Assembly (NCBI GenBank): GCA_003535955.1
Contig: DPZM01000024.1
Span: forward strand, 1-38,908
Direction: 5' to 3'
Length of the DNA stretch: 38,908 nt
Origin: Lachnospiraceae bacterium
GTDB lineage: Bacteria; Bacillota; Clostridia; Lachnospirales; Lachnospiraceae
Shown here: positions 20,386-29,435 of the stretch, one piece after another
Position numbering within the stretch: the first letter of the stretch is position 1
How the letters are laid out: the number at the start of each line of letters is the position of its first letter
Notes under the pieces: model-generated
What the model saw: only the letters and a program-made list of their open reading frames with translations
Told to the model about the DNA's origin: nothing
Database searches by the model: none
Program-made: the position numbers and the translations under genes

Positions 20386-22596
20386 ATGGAAAATTGCAAA
20401 GACAGTAAAAAAACTGAATTACTGGCCCCGGCAGGCGACTATGAATGCTTTCTTTCGGCTGTAAAGGCCGGAGCCGATGCTGTTTATGTGGGAGGGCCTA
20501 AGTTCGGGGCCAGGGCTTATGCAGTGAATTTTACACAGGATGAGCTTCTGAAAGCCGCAGACCATGCGCATATACATGGAAGGAAGCTCTATCTGACTGT
20601 TAATACCGTTCTGAAGAACAGGGAGATAACAGAACTTTATGATTATATAAGCCCCCTGTATGAAGGTGGAATAGACGGAGTTATCGTGCAGGATGCAGGT
20701 GTAATAAGAGCCCTTAGAGGATCATTTCCGGATCTTCACATTCACGCAAGTACCCAGATGGCGATAACAGGGAAGGAAGGAGTCCTTCTTCTTAAAGATA
20801 TGGGAATAAGAAGGGTGGTTCCTGCCAGGGAATTAAGCTTAAAGGAGATAAAGGAAATACGGAAGGAAACCGGTATGGAGCTTGAGTGCTTTATACATGG
20901 AGCGCTGTGTTACTCCTATTCCGGCAAATGCCTTTTTTCCAGTATCGCAGGAGGAAGGAGCGGGAATAGAGGGAGGTGCGCAGGTCCCTGCCGTCTGCCC
21001 TATAATGATCAATATATCCTAAGCGCAAAAGATATTTCGACAATTGATATTCTTCCCGATCTGATCGAAGCCGGAATTTCTTCATTCAAGATAGAAGGAA
21101 GGATGAAGAGCAGGGAGTATGTTGCGGGTGTTACCGGAATATACAGGAAGTATATAGACATGTACCTGACTGAGTGCAATGACGATAAAAAACAGAAATA
21201 CAGAGTAGACGAGGAAGACCTGCGTGAACTTGATGAACTGTATACAAGGAGCGGACACTGCAGGGGCTATTATTATTATCATAACGGGGCGGACATGATC
21301 ACGGTGAGCAGGCCCGGCTATGACTCGGCCGATGATGAAAGGATGAAGGTACTGTTCAACAAATATACAGGGCAGGACGATAAGCTTAAATGCACCGGTT
21401 ATATACGGGCATTTGTAGGGGAACCTCTCCTTGCAAGGGTTGAATGCAGCGGCAAGAGAGCTGAATGTATCGGAGAGGTGGTTGAGAAGGCATTGAAACA
21501 ACCGACTTCGGAGGAAAACATCAAAAAGCAGTTTTTAAAAACAGGAGATACACCCTATAAGCTTGAAGAGCTTGTCATTGATAGCGGGAATGATATCTTC
21601 ATACCGGTATCCGCGCTGAATTCATTGAGAAGACAGGTATTTGAGCTGCTTAAGGACAAAATGACTTTGCCTTATAAACGCAGGAGTGATAACAGGTCAG
21701 CATTTAATAATATGACTTCGGAAAAAACCGGAAGTGATATTAAGGACTTAAGCAAGGCATTTCCCGATGTAAATATAAGGCTTGATTCAATTAAGCTTTT
21801 TGATACGGTTTTGGACTCAGGACTTGGAGATATAATATCAATAGACGTAAAGGAATTCAACAGATACGAAAAGAATACGTATGCTGTCGATAAAGACCTG
21901 ATAATAAAAACGGCAGAGAAAATACATGCTAAAGGAAGCAGGTTTTTTCTTGCCCTGCCGCCTGTTATAAGGCATTGTTTTTTTGACAGGAACAAGGTTC
22001 TTTCGGATATACTGACCGAGGGACCGGTTGACGGTGTTATAATAGATAATTATGAAAGCCTGTACTATCTTGGGAAGCTTGGATTTAAAGGGAGAGTAAC
22101 AGGAGATGTACATCTCTATTGTACCAATGATCTTGCGGCTGAGGCTTTGCATGAACTGGGGATCGATGTTCTGACTTATCCGCTTGAATTAAATGCCGGT
22201 GAACTTAACCATCTTAAATTAAAGAAGGGAGAGTTTATCCTTTACGGACGTGCTCCCATGATGATATCGGCCCAGTGTACACAGAAGACTATTGACAAGT
22301 GTATAAAGGATAACGGAGTGTCGGATATAAGGGACCGGTTCGGCAATGAATTTCCGGTTGTAAGAAACTGTGGCGAGTGTTACAACACGGTTCTGAATTG
22401 CGTACCGACTATGTTCGCATCGAAAAAAGAGATTCCTTCAGATATCACCCCTGATTCTTACAGGATCCATTTTACCGTGGAGGATAGGGATGAAACGGAA
22501 AGGGTGCTTGACTTCTACAGGGCTTTTAAGCGGGGTGAAGAAAACGAAGTATTTAGAAAAAGGACACTTTTACATCTTAAGAGAGGAGTAGAGTGA
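20386..22596 (+). CDS. U32 family peptidase (long form with C-terminal extension)
   Basis: ELLAPAGD start region, U32 signature ECFIHGALCYSYSGKCLFSS and FKIEGRMKS. 736 aa. Confidence 0.85.
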   Translation: MENCKDSKKTELLAPAGDYECFLSAVKAGADAVYVGGPKFGARAYAVNFTQDELLKAADHAHIHGRKLYLTVNTVLKNREITELYDYISPLYEGGIDGVIVQDAGVIRALRGSFPDLHIHASTQMAITGKEGVLLLKDMGIRRVVPARELSLKEIKEIRKETGMELECFIHGALCYSYSGKCLFSSIAGGRSGNRGRCAGPCRLPYNDQYILSAKDISTIDILPDLIEAGISSFKIEGRMKSREYVAGVTGIYRKYIDMYLTECNDDKKQKYRVDEEDLRELDELYTRSGHCRGYYYYHNGADMITVSRPGYDSADDERMKVLFNKYTGQDDKLKCTGYIRAFVGEPLLARVECSGKRAECIGEVVEKALKQPTSEENIKKQFLKTGDTPYKLEELVIDSGNDIFIPVSALNSLRRQVFELLKDKMTLPYKRRSDNRSAFNNMTSEKTGSDIKDLSKAFPDVNIRLDSIKLFDTVLDSGLGDIISIDVKEFNRYEKNTYAVDKDLIIKTAEKIHAKGSRFFLALPPVIRHCFFDRNKVLSDILTEGPVDGVIIDNYESLYYLGKLGFKGRVTGDVHLYCTNDLAAEALHELGIDVLTYPLELNAGELNHLKLKKGEFILYGRAPMMISAQCTQKTIDKCIKDNGVSDIRDRFGNEFPVVRNCGECYNTVLNCVPTMFASKKEIPSDITPDSYRIHFTVEDRDETERVLDFYRAFKRGEENEVFRKRTLLHLKRGVE

Positions 22597-23913
22597 TTGG
22601 AAACGATAATACACACATTTTCCAATTACATACTGATAGCCCTTATGACGATATATGCCTTCCAGTGCTTCTATGTATTCCGCTATAAATCGGAAAAAGA
22701 CAGGGACAGCATATATTTAAGCCAGGTTCTTGCAATGTCGCTTATATACCTTATATCATTTGGTATTATCTGGCTTAAAACGGGGGATAACAATATCCCC
22801 AGCTTTTATGCTCTTACCCAGCTTATCCTGTGGTCGATCATATTTTTGTACAGGAAGCTGTATCCTGAAGCAAACAAGCTTCTCGTAAACAATATGTGCA
22901 TGCTTATGAGCATAGGCTTTATCATTCTTGTAAGGCTGAATTACAACAAGGCCAGGAAACAGTTTATGGTGGTTCTTTTTTCAGCCCTCCTTGCACTTGT
23001 TATACCGTATGTTCTCAAACGTTTTAAGAGACTTCGAAGATTTTATAAGCTGTTTGCCGCCGCAGGCATGGCTGCGCTTGCCTTTGTACTTGTTTTTTCG
23101 AGGACGATCAACGGCTCCAAGCTCAATATAAAGATCGGAGGAGTGGCATTTCAGGCTTCGGAATTTGTTAAGATAATCTTTGTTTTTTCGATAGCGGGAA
23201 TACTTACATGTTCAAAATCAGAAAAGCGGCTTATGATGGCAGCCATCGTTTCTGCCATTCATGTCCTTCTTCTCGTTGCATCAAAGGATCTTGGTACGGC
23301 CATAATATTCTTTATTGTATTTACCATTATGGTATTTGTGGCAACCGGAAGATACAGATATCTTATCGGCGGGATCGCAGGAGCAGCGCTTGGATCTGTG
23401 GCAGGATATATTATGTTCTCTCACGTAAGGGTCAGAGTTCTGGCCTGGCGTGACCCTCTTGACACGATCGAGAATTCCGGCTATCAGATAGCCCAGTCTC
23501 TTTTTGCGATAGGTACGGGAGGATTTAAGGGCATGGGCCTTTACGGAGGAACTCCTGACAGAATACCGCTTGTGGAATCCGATTTTATCTTTGCTGCCAT
23601 ATCCGAGGAGTTTGGGGTGATCTTTTCGATAGGCTTGATACTGATATGTGTCAGCTGTTTTATCATGTTCATGAACATAGCCATGCGTTTTAACGATCTT
23701 TTTTATAAACTGGTTGCAGTAGGATTTGCTGTCACATACGGCTTTCAGGTTTTTCTTACAATAGGAGGCGTAAGCAAGTTCATACCTCTTACGGGCGTGA
23801 CCTTGCCCCTTGTCAGCTACGGAAGCAATTCCATTATGGTATCGCTTATAATGTTTTCGGTGATTCAGGGCCTTTATGTATCCGTAAGAAGTTCAAACCG
23901 GGATGGGGTGTAA
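22597..23913 (+). CDS. SEDS family protein (FtsW/RodA/SpoVE)
   Basis: About 10 TM segments, SEFVKI, ESDFIFAAISEEFG and LPLVSYGSNS motifs. TTG start directly after the U32 stop with AGAGGAG upstream. Paired with the PBP2 gene. Confidence 0.9.
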   Translation: METIIHTFSNYILIALMTIYAFQCFYVFRYKSEKDRDSIYLSQVLAMSLIYLISFGIIWLKTGDNNIPSFYALTQLILWSIIFLYRKLYPEANKLLVNNMCMLMSIGFIILVRLNYNKARKQFMVVLFSALLALVIPYVLKRFKRLRRFYKLFAAAGMAALAFVLVFSRTINGSKLNIKIGGVAFQASEFVKIIFVFSIAGILTCSKSEKRLMMAAIVSAIHVLLLVASKDLGTAIIFFIVFTIMVFVATGRYRYLIGGIAGAALGSVAGYIMFSHVRVRVLAWRDPLDTIENSGYQIAQSLFAIGTGGFKGMGLYGGTPDRIPLVESDFIFAAISEEFGVIFSIGLILICVSCFIMFMNIAMRFNDLFYKLVAVGFAVTYGFQVFLTIGGVSKFIPLTGVTLPLVSYGSNSIMVSLIMFSVIQGLYVSVRSSNRDGV

Positions 23914-23919
23914 GCTTAA

Positions 23920-25362
23920 ATGTTTAAAAGCAGGATCAGGGATGACAACGAAAAAACAAATAATGAGATATTGTTTATAACCTATATTTTTGCCGCCGTT
24001 TTTGTTGCGCTGATATGTTATATAGTTTACTTTACCGCTTTTAAGAGCGACGGAGTTATAAACAATGCATATAACCTTAAGAGGGGAGAGATCCTTGAAG
24101 AGAAGACGGTGCGTGGGACGATCATTTCCGGGGACGGTCAGGTGCTTGCCAAAACCGTAACAAAGGAAGACGGAAGTGAAGTAAGGGAATACCCGTATGC
24201 CAATGTTTTCGCCCACGCGGTGGGTTTTATGGCCCGGGGCTGTATCGGTATAGAGTCGATGACCAATTATACACTTCTTAACTGCTCGGATTTTTTCGCT
24301 GAAAAGATCGGAAACGATATGCATGGAATTAAGAATAAAGGGGATAATGTTATTACAACACTTGATACTTCGCTTCAGACAACAGCTTCTCAGGCCCTTG
24401 GCGACAGGAAAGGGGCAGTGGTACTGATGGATGTAAAGACCGGATATATACTTGCCCTTGTGAGTAAGCCTGATTTTGATCCGAACAATATTGATGAAAT
24501 ATGGGACAGTGTTAATAATGATACGGAAAACAGCCCTCTTTTAAACAGGGCTACCCAGGGACTTTACCCGCCGGGTTCTACCTTTAAGATAATAACGGCA
24601 TTGGAATATATCAGGGAGAATAAAGATGCTTCCTCATATGAATTTGACTGTACGGGACATTTCGAGTATGACGGAGTTAAGATAAACTGTTATCACGGGC
24701 AGGATCACGGGCATATGGATCTTGGTTTAAGCTTTGCGAAATCATGCAACTCATCCTTTGCCAATATAAGTTCAGGCCTTGATAAAGGTAAATTCGGCAA
24801 TACCTGCAATGAACTCCTTTTTAACGGCAAGATGCCCTGTCCTTTCAGCTATAAGCAGAGTACGGTCGATCTTAACAGTGATTCCGATTCTGCCGATCTT
24901 ATCCAGACGGGAATCGGACAGGGAAAAACCCAGATAACTCCCATTCATATGGCAATGATCACTTCGGCGGTGGCAAACGGTGGAATACTGATGGAGCCAA
25001 TGGTGATCGATGAGATCAGGAATTCGGGAGGGGTTGTCGTGAAGGACATAAAGATCAGGGAATACGGACGCCTTATGAGTGAGGATGAGTCGGCAAAGGT
25101 CCGGGAGCTTATGAGAGGCGTTATACTTAACGGTACAGGGTCAAGGCTACAGGGAACTGTCGGGTATGATGCTGCAGGTAAAACGGGTTCGGCAGAATAC
25201 TCGAAAGATAAAACAAAAAGCCATGCATGGTTTGCCGGCTTTGCTCCTTATGATGATCCTCAGGTTGCAATAACAGTTATCGTAGAAGGCGGAGGATCGG
25301 GCGGCGAGACTGCCGTTCCTATAGCGAGAAAGGTATTTGATGATTATTTCAATGGGAAGTGA
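23920..25362 (+). CDS. class B penicillin-binding protein 2 (transpeptidase)
   Basis: N-terminal anchor. Active-site motifs PPGSTFK (SxxK), SCNS (SxN) and GKTGSAE (KTG). Confidence 0.9.
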   Translation: MFKSRIRDDNEKTNNEILFITYIFAAVFVALICYIVYFTAFKSDGVINNAYNLKRGEILEEKTVRGTIISGDGQVLAKTVTKEDGSEVREYPYANVFAHAVGFMARGCIGIESMTNYTLLNCSDFFAEKIGNDMHGIKNKGDNVITTLDTSLQTTASQALGDRKGAVVLMDVKTGYILALVSKPDFDPNNIDEIWDSVNNDTENSPLLNRATQGLYPPGSTFKIITALEYIRENKDASSYEFDCTGHFEYDGVKINCYHGQDHGHMDLGLSFAKSCNSSFANISSGLDKGKFGNTCNELLFNGKMPCPFSYKQSTVDLNSDSDSADLIQTGIGQGKTQITPIHMAMITSAVANGGILMEPMVIDEIRNSGGVVVKDIKIREYGRLMSEDESAKVRELMRGVILNGTGSRLQGTVGYDAAGKTGSAEYSKDKTKSHAWFAGFAPYDDPQVAITVIVEGGGSGGETAVPIARKVFDDYFNGK

Positions 25363-26421
25363 TCAGATGAGCTTCTCAATATACAGGTTCTTGTTCTGAC
25401 TCAGATCAATATAATTGTTTCCGGTACGGACCATGGGACGGGACAGGTTATTCTTGTTGATTAAAACTATTGAACATTCGGTTCCGTCGTTTAACATAAC
25501 TTCCTTACCTATGTATTCCTCGACCATCCTGCTCAAGAAGGTAAGATAAAAAGCGACATCATATCTTTCGAGTCCGTCCTTCTCGAATATATCAATGACC
25601 TTAAAAGGACATAAGGGATCGCGATAAGCCCTGTAAGATGTCATTGCCTCATATGCATCTATTATGGAGATTATCTTGGCGAACTTATTGATCCTGTCAG
25701 CGGCAAGATGCTGCGGATATCCGGTCCCATCGCAGCGCTCGTGATGCATAAGGGCAGCGAGCTTGATATTGATATCGATGTTCAGGTTCTGGATAAGGTT
25801 ATATGAGTGGACAGGATGCGTCCTCATGAGGGCACGCTCTTCATCGGTAAGCTTACCGGGCTTGAAGATAAGATCCTTGGGTAGCTTGAACTTGCCGATA
25901 TCATAGTAGAAACCACATAGGATAAGCGTCTGTAATTCCTCCTCGGATAAGGAGAACCACTTGCCGGTATAGCGGCAGATAAGGGCAACATTTAATCCGT
26001 GAGCATACAAAAGATCACTGTCCTTGATCTCAAGAACCGCAAGCATATCCAGTATTGTTGTTTTGCTGTGCTCAAAGGGGGTGAAGATATGATCGACTAT
26101 AGCAAGAAGATCACTGTTGTTGGGCGGAACCTTCTTAAGGATAAATGAATCAAGGGCCACCTTGTATGCCGTGAAGTTGGCGATGTAGACGGATTCGAAC
26201 TTCTGGAATGATTTGGAGACCTTGATCTTTTCAAAATATGTTCTGACCCTGTCTTCTTCTTCCTTGATCTGGACACACTTAATAGGGCTGACCAACAGCT
26301 TCTGAATAGTCAACTTGTCGAGTATGGTATCCTTTTTTACTAACAGGTTCCCCTTATAATCGGTTGTGTCTTCCGCAACCTCCATACCTGGCTTAAGAGC
26401 AACCGTTGCAACCAGCTCCAT
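25363..26421 (-). CDS. HD-GYP-type domain protein with unknown N-terminal domain; canonical HD dyad reads YD
   Basis: LMHHERCDGTGYPQHL GYP motif, KPGKLTDEERALMRTHP. ATG 26421 lies 5 nt after GAGGTGA (listed 26430 is a GTG). Codon at 25903-25905 is TAT where the HDIGK His is expected. Confidence 0.8.
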   Translation of the reverse strand: MELVATVALKPGMEVAEDTTDYKGNLLVKKDTILDKLTIQKLLVSPIKCVQIKEEEDRVRTYFEKIKVSKSFQKFESVYIANFTAYKVALDSFILKKVPPNNSDLLAIVDHIFTPFEHSKTTILDMLAVLEIKDSDLLYAHGLNVALICRYTGKWFSLSEEELQTLILCGFYYDIGKFKLPKDLIFKPGKLTDEERALMRTHPVHSYNLIQNLNIDINIKLAALMHHERCDGTGYPQHLAADRINKFAKIISIIDAYEAMTSYRAYRDPLCPFKVIDIFEKDGLERYDVAFYLTFLSRMVEEYIGKEVMLNDGTECSIVLINKNNLSRPMVRTGNNYIDLSQNKNLYIEKLI

Positions 26422-26441
26422 GATCGTCACCTCATGAATAA

Positions 26442-26470
26442 AGTATAAAAATATAAATAATTATTGTCAA
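26442..26470 (-). promoter_or_regulatory. sigma-A-type promoter for the HD-GYP gene
   Basis: On the minus strand: TTGACA (26470-26465), 17-nt spacer, TATACT (26447-26442). Confidence 0.55.
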
Positions 26471-26500
26471 CCAAAACATGTAAAATAGAATACATCAGAC

Positions 26501-26529
26501 TACAAAACAATATCCGATTATGCTATAAT
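26501..26529 (+). promoter_or_regulatory. candidate extended -10 promoter for the 26559 operon
   Basis: TGc-TATAAT (-10 at 26524-26529) with a weak -35 TACAAA (26501-26506). An alternative TTGTCA-16-TAGAAT lies at 26464-26491. Confidence 0.4.
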
Positions 26530-26558
26530 CCTAAATATATGCGATAAGGGCAGGTAAA

Positions 26559-26882
26559 ATGATTAGATATTACGAAAATCTGTATCTGACCGACAGTACA
26601 GAGAAGAACTTAACCAGGATCAAGAGAAGATTAAGGCTCGGAGCCGGTATGACGAGCCTTTTTGTGATAACCCTGTCAGACAATCCGGGAGATATGTTTA
26701 ACATAATCCATGCTTCCATGTTTAAGATAAGAAGGATAAGACATGCCGACCATCTGGTGATAGGGCTTGCCGAGAGCAGGCGGAAGGCTTATGATATCAT
26801 AACGGGGATCGTAACCGGGCACTATGCAAGGACCGGTGGGTATGATGGTATCAGGGATTACTTTTTGGAAGGGAAGGACTGA
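26559..26882 (+). CDS. hypothetical protein (107 aa)
   Basis: ORF with SD AAGGGCAGG. Its TGA overlaps the ATG of the next gene (TGATG). No family recognised. Confidence 0.6.
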   Translation: MIRYYENLYLTDSTEKNLTRIKRRLRLGAGMTSLFVITLSDNPGDMFNIIHASMFKIRRIRHADHLVIGLAESRRKAYDIITGIVTGHYARTGGYDGIRDYFLEGKD

Positions 26883-27901
26883 TGCTTGCAACCATTCTTT
26901 TTATATTAAAGATCATCGGTATAGTTTTACTTGCCATTCTTTCCCTGGCGCTTTTTATAATACTGATCGTACTGTTTGTGCCTGTAAGGTATACAGGATA
27001 CGGTAAAAAAGAAAAGGAAGAAGGAAGTCCGATAACAGCAGGTGCCAAAGCCACATGGTTCCTGAAGATATTAAGGGCTGATTATGAATACAGTGAAAAT
27101 GCAGGAAGATTAACGGTAAGAGTGTTTGGCATCCGTTTAAAAAACAGGGAAGAGAAGGAAGAAATAAGAAGACTCAGAGAAGAAAAGAAGGAACTTAAGA
27201 GAAGAAATAAAGAGAGATCAAAAAAGAAACCGGGAAGCTCTAAGACAAGGGTTGAGTATACAATGACCGAGTATGATGATTCGGGGAATGTATTCAGGGA
27301 GAATACCATAGATCTTAAGGGTATACTGGTGGAAGATCATCCGGATAAAAGGTCTCCTTCGGAGGATGTTATATCATACGGACAGGAAGAGGATGTCGGG
27401 GAGAAAGCTGTTAAACCGGATATCTTTGAAAGGATCAACGGGCTGTTTGCTGATCTTAAGGGTAAAATCCTAAGGATATTCGGTAAGATCAGGGATGTGA
27501 TCAAAGGTCTGTTGTCTAAAGCTAAAGAGGCTGAATACTATATCGATGCCTTATCGAATGATACGTTAAACAGGCAGGCAATAGCATTTATAATACAAAA
27601 GGGTAAGTCGCTCTTAAAGAGCATACGTCCCAGAAAACTTAAAGGATTTATTGATTACGGGGCAGATGATCCGGCTGATACGGGCATGGTGCTCGCGGCA
27701 GCAGCTATAGCATACCCGCTTTACAGTCCCGGACTTAAGCTTAATCCTGATTTTGAAAATAGTGTTTTGGCATTTGATGTATCCCTAAAGGGCAGGATAT
27801 ACATATTTGTTCCGGTAAAAACCTTTATAGCCCTGTATTTTAACAAGAAGGTTAAGAGACTGATAAGGATAATGAAGAAGGAGAACAGTAATGGCAGGTA
27901 A
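26882..27901 (+). CDS. DUF2953 (YtfI-like) sporulation-associated membrane protein
   Basis: N-terminal TM helix, Lys/Glu/Arg-rich linker. Positioned immediately upstream of, and overlapping, a GerW/YtfJ gene, as in B. subtilis ytfI-ytfJ. Confidence 0.7.
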   Translation: MLATILFILKIIGIVLLAILSLALFIILIVLFVPVRYTGYGKKEKEEGSPITAGAKATWFLKILRADYEYSENAGRLTVRVFGIRLKNREEKEEIRRLREEKKELKRRNKERSKKKPGSSKTRVEYTMTEYDDSGNVFRENTIDLKGILVEDHPDKRSPSEDVISYGQEEDVGEKAVKPDIFERINGLFADLKGKILRIFGKIRDVIKGLLSKAKEAEYYIDALSNDTLNRQAIAFIIQKGKSLLKSIRPRKLKGFIDYGADDPADTGMVLAAAAIAYPLYSPGLKLNPDFENSVLAFDVSLKGRIYIFVPVKTFIALYFNKKVKRLIRIMKKENSNGR

Positions 27902-28277
27902 TTTCAAGGAAATTGTTGATTCAATGCTTAACGGGATGGATGGTTTTCTCTCCAGTAAGACGGTTGTGGGAGAACCTACTGTGATCGGTGATACGATCTT
28001 AGTTCCCTTTGTTGACGTTTCCTTCGGCGTGGGAGCCGGGGATTTCAGAGGTGAGAAGAAGGCAAACGGTGCCGGTGGTCTTACGGGAAAGATGTCACCT
28101 TCGGCAGTTCTGGTTATCCAGAACGGAACAACAAGACTTGTAAATATCAGGAATCAGGACAGCATGACCAAGATACTTGATATGGTTCCCGATCTGGTAA
28201 ATAAGTTCGCAGGTAAAGAAAATGATAACGAACTGTCTGATACTGAAATAAAGGATGCGGCCTTTAAAGAGGAATAG
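27891..28277 (+). CDS. ytfJ: GerW family sporulation protein (YtfJ)
   Basis: VGEPTVIGDTILVPFVDVSFGVGAGDF and SPSAVLVIQNGTTRLVNI match the GerW/YtfJ pattern. SD AAGGAGAA. Confidence 0.85.
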   Translation: MAGNFKEIVDSMLNGMDGFLSSKTVVGEPTVIGDTILVPFVDVSFGVGAGDFRGEKKANGAGGLTGKMSPSAVLVIQNGTTRLVNIRNQDSMTKILDMVPDLVNKFAGKENDNELSDTEIKDAAFKEE

Positions 28278-28320
28278 AATTGGTTTCCATAAAATAATTA
28301 CATAAATTTCGAAAAACCCC

Positions 28321-28349
28321 TTGAAAAAAATAACAAGGTTATTTATAAT
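28321..28349 (+). promoter_or_regulatory. near-consensus sigma-A promoter
   Basis: TTGAAA (28321-28326), 17-nt spacer, TATAAT (28344-28349). Confidence 0.65.
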
Positions 28350-28424
28350 ACAGTATATAGTGCTTCGAAGGGGAAGATGCACTATGTGTAGTTAAACGGG
28401 ATTATAAATAATAAGGGGACAAAA

Positions 28425-28964
28425 ATGGATATTGCACAGAATATTTCTGTAGAAGACATGGCGTCTATCAAGCTGTGGCTTTTGCAAGAGAGCCAACGTC
28501 TGGAATATGCCAGAAGGTCGTTTGAAAAAGAGAAGCAGGAATTCGAAGACAAGAAGCAGAAGTTTGAAGCCGAGAGAAACATTATAATGGCAACTGTATC
28601 CGAACAGGCCAGAAGAACCGAGCTTGAATCGAAAACTCTTGCAACAGAGAAGGTTCTTTTTCAGCAGAAGCTGGAGATCCTTGAGGCCGGATTCAGGACA
28701 CTGTGTAAAGAGAGGGAGGATTTCGAGACCGAGAAGGAGAAGTACAGAAACAGGTATGCTGCAACCGGATCTTCGGGTAAGGGTTCGGTACATGTATCGG
28801 CATACAACACGGGAGTCTTCTTTAATGGTGTTGATAATGTTCTCGCACTTAAGAAAAGGTACAGGGATCTGCTGAAGATATTCCATCCGGATAATATGGA
28901 CGGAGATAATGAAACCGTACAGGTGATCAATGAAGAGTATGCGATACTGAAGGAGCAATTTTAA
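28425..28964 (+). CDS. coiled-coil protein with C-terminal J domain (HPD motif)
   Basis: E/K-rich coiled-coil N-terminal two thirds. C-terminal LKKRYRDLLKIFHPDNMDGDNETVQVINEEYAILKEQF. SD AAGGGGA. Confidence 0.75.
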   Translation: MDIAQNISVEDMASIKLWLLQESQRLEYARRSFEKEKQEFEDKKQKFEAERNIIMATVSEQARRTELESKTLATEKVLFQQKLEILEAGFRTLCKEREDFETEKEKYRNRYAATGSSGKGSVHVSAYNTGVFFNGVDNVLALKKRYRDLLKIFHPDNMDGDNETVQVINEEYAILKEQF

Positions 28965-28972
28965 TATAGAAG

Positions 28973-29005
28973 AAAAGAGACAGCAATTGTTTGCTGTCTC
29001 TTTTT
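28973..29005 (+). terminator. intrinsic (potentially bidirectional) terminator after the J-domain gene
   Basis: GAGACAGCAA (28977-28986) / TTGCTGTCTC (28991-29000), 4-nt loop, flanked by AAAA and TTTTT. Confidence 0.85.
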
Positions 29006-29018
29006 CTAAATGTAAAAA

Positions 29019-29052
29019 AAAGAAATAAAAAAGGAGACGGAGAACCGTCCCC
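29019..29052 (-). terminator. intrinsic terminator of rpmB
   Basis: Minus-strand RNA forms GGGGACGG-UUCU-CCGUCUCC (one G-U pair) at 29052-29033, followed by a T-rich tract. Confidence 0.75.
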
Positions 29053-29059
29053 TGTCTTC

Positions 29060-29245
29060 TTAAGCTCGTTCAACCTTACCTGACTTAAGGCAGTTGGTAC
29101 ATACATGAAGTCTTGTAGGGGTTCCGTTAACCTTGCACTTAACCCTCTTAACATTTGCATTGAAAATTCTGTTGGATCTTCTATGTGAATGACTTACATT
29201 GTTGCCAAAATGAACGCCTTTTCCACAAATATCACATTTTGCCAT
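29060..29245 (-). CDS. rpmB: 50S ribosomal protein L28
   Basis: MAKCDICGKGVHFGNNVSHSHRRSNRIFNANV, 61 aa. SD AAGGAGGTG. Confidence 0.95.
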   Translation of the reverse strand: MAKCDICGKGVHFGNNVSHSHRRSNRIFNANVKRVKCKVNGTPTRLHVCTNCLKSGKVERA

Positions 29246-29306
29246 CGGTTCGCACCTCCTTATACAGTCATTATCATACTCGCAGTCTATACCCGCAACA
29301 AGATGT

Positions 29307-29335
29307 ATTCTATCAGATGTTTTTTATAAATGCAA
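29307..29335 (-). promoter_or_regulatory. sigma-A-type promoter with extended -10 for rpmB
   Basis: On the minus strand: TTGCAT (29335-29330), 17-nt spacer, TGa-TAGAAT (-10 at 29312-29307). Confidence 0.6.
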
Positions 29336-29435
29336 GCATAAATCTGTAAAAGAATAAAAAATCGGCATTTTCTTTTTGACGGAAACAGTGTATACTAATT
29401 TAGTGTATGTGTACATTCCATAAAGGAGGGGTTTT

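Noticed and set aside
27100-27260. Apparent purine-rich repetitive DNA (gaagaaaag-type)
   Set aside because: It reads in frame as a Lys/Glu/Arg-rich linker of the DUF2953 protein. This is coding low complexity, not a DNA repeat array.
29246-29435. Plus-strand promoter or structured leader for asp23 in the rpmB-asp23 divergent spacer
   Set aside because: TTGACG (29376-29381) has no acceptable -10 at 16-18 nt, and TATACT (29391-29396) has no acceptable -35. I could not support a specific call. Only the minus-strand rpmB promoter is convincing.
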